The notes beneath the pieces were generated by a model. The model ran no database searches and had not been told where the DNA came from. It was given only the letters and a program-made list of their open reading frames with translations. Below are positions 9,518-17,320 of a stretch of 64,000 bases of DNA, one piece after another. Where the stretch lies: contig CANJNG010000002.1 in assembly GCA_947475205.1 (NCBI GenBank), forward strand, positions 8,526 through 72,525, in the 5' to 3' direction. A program made the position numbers and the translations under genes. Source of the stretch: Bacteroidota bacterium. Lineage in GTDB: Bacteria; Bacteroidota; Bacteroidia; JAIBAJ01. The first letter of the stretch is position 1. Each line of letters opens with the position of its first letter.

Positions 9518-10639
9518 ATGAGCAAAAACAAAGCAATCGTAATAGGAGCCGGAATAGTGGGTTTAGCCGCCGCCCGTGCCTTAGCCGAAAAAGGGTTTAA
9601 GGTAAAAGTATTTGAACGCAACGAGCAAGCCGTTGGGGCTTCAGTCCGCAATTTCGGAATGGTGTGGCCAATTGGTCAACCCAAGGGTAAGTTGTTTGAT
9701 CGAGCTATGCGAAGCAGAAAAATTTGGTTAGATATATGTGCAAAAGGAAAATTTTGGCATCACCCAAACGGTTCGCTTCATTTGCTGTATCACAACGACG
9801 AAATGGCTGTGGCCGAAGAGTTCATGATGGCAAACCACGAAGAGCGGGGCTGCGATATAATTACGGCCAAACAAGCTTTGCAAAAAAGCACAATTGCACG
9901 AGCCGATGAGTTGAAAGGGGCTTTGTGGAGTAACACGGAATTAATTGTTGAAAGCCGAGAAATTATAGGCCAGTTGCCCGCCTATTTGGAAGAAAAATAT
10001 GACATTTCGTTTAAGTTTGGAAAAGCGGTAACACGGGTAAAAACAGGAAAAGTGTTTGTGGATGAAAAGAAATACGAGGCCGATTTAATTGTGGTGTGTA
10101 GCGGTGCAGATTTTGAAACCCTGTATCCCGAAACCTTTGCCAAAAGTGGAATCACGAAATGTAAACTTCAAATGATGCGAACCGAGGCGATGCCAAAAGG
10201 AAATGTGGGTCCATCGCTTTGTGGAGGATTAACGCTAACCCACTACGGTGCTTTTGCCGATTTGAAATCACTTCCGGCTTTGAAGAAACGCTACGATAAA
10301 CAATGGACCGAACAAGTGAAATGGGGTATACATGTACTGGTTTCGCAATCACCCAATATGGAACTCACGCTGGGCGACAGCCACGAATACGGTCAGGTGT
10401 TCGACCCCTTTGATAAGGCAGCCATAAATCAATTGGTGATTGATTATCTAAAAACCTTCACCAATTTAAAGGCTATACCTATTTCGCAATCGTGGAACGG
10501 TATCTATGCCAAACTGCCCGGCAAAACAGAATTCATAGCCGAACCCGAAAAGGGTGTGCATATCCTTAACGGATTAAGCGGTGCCGGAATGACCCTTTCG
10601 TTTGGATTGGCAGAAGAATGGGCGGAAGGGGCTGTATAA
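9518..10639 (+). CDS. FAD-dependent oxidoreductase (DAO family; resembles the clade associated with PhnX-like hydrolases)
   Basis: N-terminal AIVIGAGIVGLAAARALAEKGFKVKVFER dinucleotide-binding motif and a DAO-like length (373 aa). It is the last gene of the tight HAD-membrane-MDR-FAD cluster. Confidence 0.7.
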   Translation: MSKNKAIVIGAGIVGLAAARALAEKGFKVKVFERNEQAVGASVRNFGMVWPIGQPKGKLFDRAMRSRKIWLDICAKGKFWHHPNGSLHLLYHNDEMAVAEEFMMANHEERGCDIITAKQALQKSTIARADELKGALWSNTELIVESREIIGQLPAYLEEKYDISFKFGKAVTRVKTGKVFVDEKKYEADLIVVCSGADFETLYPETFAKSGITKCKLQMMRTEAMPKGNVGPSLCGGLTLTHYGAFADLKSLPALKKRYDKQWTEQVKWGIHVLVSQSPNMELTLGDSHEYGQVFDPFDKAAINQLVIDYLKTFTNLKAIPISQSWNGIYAKLPGKTEFIAEPEKGVHILNGLSGAGMTLSFGLAEEWAEGAV

Positions 10640-10702
10640 AGTTTAAAGTTTAAAGTTCCATCAGGCGGCAGCCAAATTAAAGTTTAAACATTGAACTTGA
10701 AA
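10640..10702. repeat. Intergenic hairpin/repeat element with CCATCAGGCGGCAGCC core flanked by AGTTTAAA repeats, between convergent genes
   Basis: Sequence agtttaaagtttaaagttCCATCAGGCGGCAGCCaaattaaagtttaaac. Its core matches the cores at 16296-16312 and 25352-25366. Confidence 0.5.
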
Positions 10703-11278
10703 CTAAACAATTTCTTTAAAGCAATGGCATCCTAAAACCAATAGCATAAGCAGTTCGGTTTCGTCTGCCGAATGGTCAAGAAGTGTTACAATGGCTTTAG
10801 GCTTTTCTGCACCTTCCACTTCGTAATTCAGCATTTCAGTTCCATCCTTATCAATGAAAGAGAGTTTTATTGCGGGAGTGTTTTGGATTTTGAATGAGTA
10901 TTTACTGCCTTTCTTAAATTTAATACTACCGCTTGTACCCAAAAATTGTCTTTTCAATTTAAGTATCGCTTTACCCTCCTTTTCAATAACTATTTTAGCG
11001 TTCCAAAAACCTTCGGAGCGGATGAGGTAATCTTTTCAATCCCATACAAAAGACGATCGCGATTTCTTGTCATCTACCAATTCTAAGAGGGTGGCCGTAT
11101 CGCTTTTAAGTACAATTCTCTTTTTCTTGAAGGTCCAAGTTCGGGCTTGGCGAAGGTGGCGATTTTCACCACAAATGTTGATGCTGAGAACCATACTTTG
11201 ATTTACCACACTTGAGACAGTGGAGAACTGAACCGCCACTTTTGCCAAACCCGTGTTATGCCCAATGCTTATTCTCAT
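10703..11278 (-). pseudogene. Hypothetical protein gene interrupted by a single in-frame TGA (about 190 codons if read through); translationally coupled to the upstream RM gene
   Basis: ORFs 11036-11278 and 10703-10957 are in the same frame. They are separated only by TGA at 11036-11038 followed by 26 open codons (KDYLIRSEGFWNAKIVIEKEGKAILK). ATG at 11276-11278 overlaps the RM gene stop (ATGA). Confidence 0.4.
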
Positions 11279-14200
11279 TCGATTACGATTTTGTTTATTT
11301 CGTTCATTAGGCTGTCCGTTTCTGTCAATGCAACGATGATTTTTTGATAGTGTAATATATCATCAAATTCAAGAGTTCTTTCCTTTCTGTCTTTGAGCCA
11401 TTTTTGTGCTGGTTGATAACCACCAATGTAAAACTCCCAAGCAACTTGCGGAACGTTGTCAAAGTACTGAGTGTCGTTGATGTACACTTTACCGTTTTCG
11501 TATTTTGGTTTTACAACTACATTGTTCCCGTCTTCGGGATATTGAGTTATGTATTTCTCAACTGTTGGGCTTTCCAATAAATGTATTTGCCGAATTTCTC
11601 CGCCTAATTTTACCAATTGCCAAAACGTTTCTTTGTCTTTTGGATAAGGCACTCTTGGGAAATCAATTTTTAAAAACTCTTTGTATTTCTCTCGGTATGT
11701 TGGGCTGTGTAAAACAGCATAGATGTAATCTAAAATGTCAATGGGTGCAAAGGTGTTTTTTGTTGTTTCTTTTTCGTTAGTGAAAGTTAAACCTAATTTC
11801 TCCGATATTTGCTTTACAATTTCTGAGTTTAGATTTGGTGTTCTTTCTGTTGATTGACCAATGGTTTGTTGTCCGTTGGTTTCTGGGTAGAGGTAAAGGG
11901 GGAAAAAATTACCTGAACCAAAACGACCTGCTGTCCCTGTTAAGTTTGATTCTATAATTGATTTTGAAAGAAAAATATACCTCCAATCAGAAACACATTG
12001 CCTAGATACAACTAAACAAATATTAGCCTTACCAATTATATGTTTTGAAACGGCATCTCTTAATCTATCAACTATATTTTTATCATTGTAAATAAATTGA
12101 TTATCAAATGGTCGATAACCAATCGGGACTATTTTGGCAGCACTAAAAACTCCAATTCTTTTATCTTTTAATTGCCATTCAGAATTTTCATTTATATCAT
12201 ATTTCTTTAAAATATCTGTGTTTTCAATTGTTAAATTATAAAAATCAGAAATTCTATTTGATAAATTATTTTTTGATGAATCAATGCTTAAAGAATCTCT
12301 ATGTGTCTGAATGCCTAGCGAATTAATCTTAAATAAATCAGTAACTGCAAATCCTTTATCGTAAATACTTTTAACACCAAAATCTTTAACAACGAAAAAG
12401 TAATCGGGTGCAACTATCGGAAGTTCTCTATATTCAATAGTTTTGATAGAATTGTCAAAAAGAAAATCATACTTCATTTCTCGTTTTCCGAATAAATCAT
12501 AATGAAAAACTTTACCTAATTCGTTTGCCTTTTTCTTACCTGTTTTTACAAATAAATTGATAGAAACACCTTGCATAATGTCAAATACATTGACATCTAT
12601 ACTTCCATCAGGTGAAGTTTCTTTTTTCTTGGCGTTTCCGTGTAAATCTATGGTGTAAATTTTATCATACGTTTTTAGTAAATGCCAACGCATTCCACGA
12701 AAAGTAGGATTATCTAAAAATCCGTGAGGATTAATAAAAGCTAAAATACCACTGCCGTTTTTTTCTATAAAGTGCTGACCATAACGCAAAAACTTAACGT
12801 AATCGTCATTTATGAATTTTGAGTTTTGTTCTTTGAGTTTTTCTTTACCACCTGGTTCTTTTTTATAATCTTCCATTAGGCTCATAATCCATTCGCCTTT
12901 GTTTGCACTTTCTCCGCTGTATGGCGGATTTCCTATAATACACATTACGGGAGTATCACGTTTTATATGATTGGCTTCGTTGGCTTCTGTGCTTAACCAA
13001 TTGGCAAAGAGAGTTCCTGTGTCTTGGTGATGTTCTTCTAAACTATTGGTAAGGTAAACTCTGAACCTTTGGTTTGTTGTTGGTTTGTAGCCTGTTTCGC
13101 TAAGTAGTAAATCTAATTGCAAATGGGCCATTGCGTAACTTGCCATTAGCAATTCAAAACCATTAAGACGAGGCAATAAATGCGTTTCTACATATTTGCT
13201 CCAAATGCCTTGTTGTCCTTCAAATTTTTGGTGAACGTGTTTTACTACTTCGGCTAAAAAAGTGCCTGTACCCGTGGCTGGGTCAAGTATTTGCACTTTG
13301 TGAACTTCTTGCTCAATTACTTTATTTAGCCCTTGTGCGTTTATTTTTATTTTGGTTTTGCTGTTGTCGGCAAGTCCATTGGGTAAATCAAATTCTGTTT
13401 TTAAAATATCGTCCACCGCCCGAACAATAAAATTTACCACCGGTGCGGGTGTGTACCAGACGCCACGAGCCTTTCGCAATTTCGGGTCGTACTCACTCAA
13501 AAATGTTTCATAAAAATGGATGATTGGGTCTTCCATTTTTGTTGACTTTCCGTAGTTTTTTAAAATTTCTTCAACGTTGCAAGCTAAAAATATTTCTACC
13601 AAACTATCTACAATCCATTTAATACGGTCGTCAATGTCAGGACCAGCAATGTAGCCAAACAGCTTGCGTAAAAAAGGGTTTGATTTTGGAATTAATTCAG
13701 CGGCTTCTTGTCGGCTGAAAGTGGGCAAAGTAGGGTCGTGCAAACGAGCGGCAAACATTCCGTACGCAATAGTTTGTGCATATACATCTGCAAAACCTTT
13801 GGGTGTAATGTCGTGAATAAGGATTTCCTTAAAGGCAGTCATCTGGTCTTTAAGGGTGCTGTCTTCTTGGCGGGTTGTGTCGCCGGTGAGTGCTTTTTCT
13901 ATTACATCGGCCAAAAGGCGTGCTTTGCCCGCCATCATTTGAGCAAGTTTTGCCGAACTTTTAATAGATTGTGTAACCTCTAATGAAAAGTTGGTGATGA
14001 GGTTTTTGAACGTATCAAAATTCTGTGTCAGAGGCACAATACTGGTCGCAAATAATTGAGTGCCGCCCGCAGTGGGCGAATCTACAAACTGTGCAATTTC
14101 CACTGAAGTGAGCAATACGCCATCTTTGTAAAAGTAAAAACGGATATAATCTGTAAAGATTAGGTTGTTGAGAGAGGCTTTATAGCGGTCAAACTGTTCT

Positions 14201-14457
14201 TTATTTCCAGCTTTCTTTGCCCCTTCAAGGTCTTTGTCGCCAAGGTCTTTGGCCTCTATAAATCCAATAGGAATTTCGTTTCGGGTTAATATATAATCAG
14301 GTGCTCCGCACTGCTGCCGCTTTGGTTCGTTAGTGGCACGCACGTCAGGCAACATAGTTTCCAATAGATGCTGCAAATCGCCCCGAAATGTGTGTTCGGT
14401 GGCATTGCCCAATTTATAGCGTTTGTTTATGTTGTCTATGTATTGGCCAACTGTCAT
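11275..14457 (-). CDS. Type IIG restriction-modification enzyme (MmeI-like): fused PD-(D/E)xK endonuclease, N6-adenine DNA methyltransferase and target-recognition domain
   Basis: 1060 aa. N-terminal PDYILTRNEIPIGFIEAKD (PD...E-x-K nuclease motif), ILDPATGTGTFL (SAM-binding motif I), CIIGNPPYSG (NPPY motif IV of amino-methyltransferases) and a long C-terminal specificity region. Confidence 0.75.
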   Translation of the reverse strand: MTVGQYIDNINKRYKLGNATEHTFRGDLQHLLETMLPDVRATNEPKRQQCGAPDYILTRNEIPIGFIEAKDLGDKDLEGAKKAGNKEQFDRYKASLNNLIFTDYIRFYFYKDGVLLTSVEIAQFVDSPTAGGTQLFATSIVPLTQNFDTFKNLITNFSLEVTQSIKSSAKLAQMMAGKARLLADVIEKALTGDTTRQEDSTLKDQMTAFKEILIHDITPKGFADVYAQTIAYGMFAARLHDPTLPTFSRQEAAELIPKSNPFLRKLFGYIAGPDIDDRIKWIVDSLVEIFLACNVEEILKNYGKSTKMEDPIIHFYETFLSEYDPKLRKARGVWYTPAPVVNFIVRAVDDILKTEFDLPNGLADNSKTKIKINAQGLNKVIEQEVHKVQILDPATGTGTFLAEVVKHVHQKFEGQQGIWSKYVETHLLPRLNGFELLMASYAMAHLQLDLLLSETGYKPTTNQRFRVYLTNSLEEHHQDTGTLFANWLSTEANEANHIKRDTPVMCIIGNPPYSGESANKGEWIMSLMEDYKKEPGGKEKLKEQNSKFINDDYVKFLRYGQHFIEKNGSGILAFINPHGFLDNPTFRGMRWHLLKTYDKIYTIDLHGNAKKKETSPDGSIDVNVFDIMQGVSINLFVKTGKKKANELGKVFHYDLFGKREMKYDFLFDNSIKTIEYRELPIVAPDYFFVVKDFGVKSIYDKGFAVTDLFKINSLGIQTHRDSLSIDSSKNNLSNRISDFYNLTIENTDILKKYDINENSEWQLKDKRIGVFSAAKIVPIGYRPFDNQFIYNDKNIVDRLRDAVSKHIIGKANICLVVSRQCVSDWRYIFLSKSIIESNLTGTAGRFGSGNFFPLYLYPETNGQQTIGQSTERTPNLNSEIVKQISEKLGLTFTNEKETTKNTFAPIDILDYIYAVLHSPTYREKYKEFLKIDFPRVPYPKDKETFWQLVKLGGEIRQIHLLESPTVEKYITQYPEDGNNVVVKPKYENGKVYINDTQYFDNVPQVAWEFYIGGYQPAQKWLKDRKERTLEFDDILHYQKIIVALTETDSLMNEINKIVIE

Positions 14458-14559
14458 TGTTTTTAATTAAAATATTTAACTGTTCATTTTATGATTAAAC
14501 ATTTCTGTATTAATTGTCATTAGGATTTTGGTTGTTTCCCTTTATACTTTCTTTTACAA

Positions 14560-14841
14560 TTATTCCATCTCCAAATACCACATATAACCACTTGCCGCCA
14601 ATGCAATACTATCTGTTCTGCTTTCATAATATTCATAAGCTTCTCTATCCTTAGCTGCCTCTGATTCTTTTTTAATGTTTGGTAACATTGAATAAACGAA
14701 ACATACCATAAGTAATAGGCAAATCACACCTAGAAATATTAAATTACCATTTGGGTTTTCTTTCACCATACAAAAATATAAAGGCACTAAAGCACCCAAT
14801 AAACATTTAATCAAAGAAATACACAATTTATTAACAATCAA
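14560..14841 (-). CDS. Small hypothetical membrane protein (2 predicted TM)
   Basis: 93 aa ORF with two hydrophobic helices and a charged C-terminal tail. Sits just upstream of the RM gene on the same strand. Confidence 0.3.
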   Translation of the reverse strand: MIVNKLCISLIKCLLGALVPLYFCMVKENPNGNLIFLGVICLLLMVCFVYSMLPNIKKESEAAKDREAYEYYESRTDSIALAASGYMWYLEME

Positions 14842-14886
14842 TATTAAAAGTAATAAATAGTCTGCTGTTTAAATCATTTAATTATC

Positions 14887-15176
14887 AAAAAGAAAACTAT
14901 GGTAATCAAAAAGAAAACCATGGTAATCGAAAAGAAAACTATAGTAATCAAAAAGAAAACTATAGTAATCAAAAAGAAAACTATAGTATTCAAAAAGAAA
15001 ATTATAGTATTCAAAAAGAAAACCATGGTAATCAAAAAGAAAACCATAGTAATCGAAAGGAAAACCATGGTAATCGAAAAGAAAACCATGGCAATCAAAA
15101 TGAATTCCATAGTAATCAAAACAATTACCATAGTAATCAAAAAGAAAACCATAGTAATCAAAAAGAAACCTCAACC
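14887..15176. repeat. Tandem direct repeat, 21-bp unit (consensus AAAAAGAAAACCATGGTAATC), 13 full units plus a partial 14th
   Basis: Units can be read off one after another without gaps. Variants differ at 1-3 positions (CCATGG, CTATAG and CCATAG cores). Period 21 is about two helical turns, with an A-tract in each unit. Confidence 0.95.
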
Positions 15177-15620
15177 TTTTAAATCGATACCTATTGGCAT
15201 AAATATGATGGTTAAAGTATTCAAATAGTAATTTACTGTAATGCCTATTTTTGTTATAACAAAGAAAGTACAGCCTATTTAAGTAGGCAGCATGGCGATA
15301 TTTAATTACCCAATCATGCATCAGAATTGAATGAATGATGTCACAAAAAATCAAATTTAAGCATAATAAAATACATGGGCAGCTATTAAACACCATGTTA
15401 GCATTGTTGATAACCTATTTAGTTTTTAAATTAAATACTTGGAAACTTCAATACTGATGCAGTTTTCGATTGTGTTATGGTGTTGTTAATAAATTGTGCC
15501 AATTATTTTAAAACGCTGTTTATGCTGTTTAAAAAACCATAATACTTTTACTTCATAATTTATTATCGGGAATATTCCACAACCTTTAAACAATTTAAAA
15601 TACATTTAACCTAATTTACC

Positions 15621-16262
15621 ATGAGTGCAAATAACATTTGGAAAGTAGCCCTTAAAATAAAATCAAAAACATTATCGCAACTGATTACAGATAGTGGTTC
15701 CACCGTAACTGCCATGACCGGTAATGCTAATTTTTTAGCACCTAACCCTTTGCCTTCAAACCCTACATTGGCAGAATTTGGGGTTTTGGTCGTTGCCTTA
15801 GATACTGCGTATAAATTGCCAAAAGGGAGTCAGCGAACTATTGCCATTAGAAATGCCCAAATTCCCTTAGAACTTAAGTGGACATTATTAGGAAACTATG
15901 TGGAAAATGTGGCAAACCTCCCAGATAATGTTGCCTTTGGTGATGCAGTTATTGCTAGTGCAGGTATGGAGGTTGCAAAAAAAAGCAATGGCTTTAAGGC
16001 AGAGGCTTTAATGGTGAAAAATCATGCTTCGGATCCAGGCTCGGTATTGGCTCGCGATAAAAGGTATGCTTCAAACACGGTGTATGTGTGGCGGTTTCGC
16101 AAAAAAGGTGAGGTGAACTGGAACATGGCTTGGTGTGGCACTGCTGCCAAATTCACGTTTGAAAATTTGCAAAGTGTGGCTACCTATCAATTTCAGGTGG
16201 AGCATTTCTTTGTAGACGGAACTACAACGTTTAGCCAAATTTTGGAATTGCCGGTGCTTTAA
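15621..16262 (+). CDS. Hypothetical protein, no signal peptide, possible Ig/FN3-like C-terminal domain
   Basis: 213 aa ORF with beta-rich C-terminal segment (TVYVWRFRKKGEVNWNMAWCGTAAKFTFENLQSVATYQFQV). No recognisable catalytic motif. Confidence 0.35.
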   Translation: MSANNIWKVALKIKSKTLSQLITDSGSTVTAMTGNANFLAPNPLPSNPTLAEFGVLVVALDTAYKLPKGSQRTIAIRNAQIPLELKWTLLGNYVENVANLPDNVAFGDAVIASAGMEVAKKSNGFKAEALMVKNHASDPGSVLARDKRYASNTVYVWRFRKKGEVNWNMAWCGTAAKFTFENLQSVATYQFQVEHFFVDGTTTFSQILELPVL

Positions 16263-16370
16263 ATAGCTGTAAGTAATGAGTAAAGAGTAGTAAGAAGCCA
16301 TCCGGCGGTTGCTACTCACCACTCTTTACCCATTACTCATTACTCACTACTCTTTACCCATTACTATCCC
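16263..16370. repeat. Palindromic intergenic element (arms AGTAATGAGTAAAGAGTAG / CTCTTTACCCATTACTCATTACT around core CCATCCGGCGGTTGC)
   Basis: Imperfect inverted repeat filling the whole intergenic space. A second copy of the same arms and core is at 25276-25411. Confidence 0.7.
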
Positions 16371-17051
16371 ATGGAACTCTTCAAAACCATAAACCCCTAC
16401 ACCCAATTGGGTATTGCACAGGTTCAAGGCTTGAGCGATATTGCCGCTGTGCTAAACAATCCCTTTCCGGTGGATGTGCTTAACAACACGGTTTATGTCT
16501 TTGTGGCCACCAATTACATGGGAGGCACGCCGGGTGGGGTGCAGGAAATGCTGCTGAAATCAATCATTCCTGATGTGGCAAATGCATATTCCTACAACAC
16601 TCCTCTTAATTTCGACGAGGCTCAGCAAGGCTTAATTGCCAACCTGTTTGCAACCCTTAATCAGGCCGGTGCCGACCCCGATTCGGTGAAGCTTTGCTTG
16701 CTGAATGCAGAAACCGCAGTGGCAAAATCGGGGCTTAATTCGGGCTTGCAAATGCCCCTGCTCATGGCCATTGCTGCCGCCTATGCATCGGTTGACTATT
16801 GGAAAACCGAAATAAACAACAACTCTTCCTCTTGGTATAGCTATGGATACTTCGACCCCAACCCCGCCGTAAACATTGCCAATATCTCTAAATGGGTATC
16901 GGCCTCGGCTAGTGGGGTGCTGGGTGGTTTTTCAAAAGTGAAAACAATCAATGGTGGACTACCCGATACCGACCCGGCTTCGCTGTTTATTGGTAGCCTC
17001 TTTGGTGGCATTGGCCTAGCGGCTGCCAAGGTGTTATATAAGTGGGGGTAA
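16371..17051 (+). CDS. Hypothetical protein with C-terminal glycine-zipper-like hydrophobic segment
   Basis: 226 aa with no signal peptide. The C-terminus LFIGSLFGGIGLAAAKVLYKWG has a GxxxG-type spacing. Followed by a strong terminator. Confidence 0.35.
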   Translation: MELFKTINPYTQLGIAQVQGLSDIAAVLNNPFPVDVLNNTVYVFVATNYMGGTPGGVQEMLLKSIIPDVANAYSYNTPLNFDEAQQGLIANLFATLNQAGADPDSVKLCLLNAETAVAKSGLNSGLQMPLLMAIAAAYASVDYWKTEINNNSSSWYSYGYFDPNPAVNIANISKWVSASASGVLGGFSKVKTINGGLPDTDPASLFIGSLFGGIGLAAAKVLYKWG

Positions 17052-17077
17052 TTAAAGATTTTTAATTGTTAATTGTT

Positions 17078-17108
17078 GGCGGCCCTTGTGGCCGCCCTTT
17101 TTATTTTT
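17078..17108 (+). terminator. Rho-independent terminator
   Basis: ggcggcc-cttgt-ggccgcc stem-loop followed by ctttttattttt. Confidence 0.8.
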
Positions 17109-17320
17109 ATGGGATTGGAATTAGAATTTTTGTAGTTTTGGGGAGGAAATAAACCCTTACTTTGTCAGGCATATCTAACATACTTATAGCGGATAAGCCT
17201 GATGATATCAGGGGTATAAGTAAGTTAGGTGTCAGGCTATGGCGGCAGTGCAAAATTTGACCGGTAGTGCTTAAGAGAACATTTGACAAACGATTATAAC
17301 ATAAACGAAAACAAAAAAGA

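Noticed and set aside
14878-15396. ORFs on both strands across the 21-bp array (plus 14899-15228 KKKTIVI repeats; minus 14878-15396 FDYYGFL repeats)
   Set aside because: Their repetitive sequences are a direct consequence of translating a period-21 DNA repeat. They have no credible N-terminal domains or ribosome-binding context, so they are treated as artefacts rather than genes. The array is not a CRISPR array, because it has no spacers.
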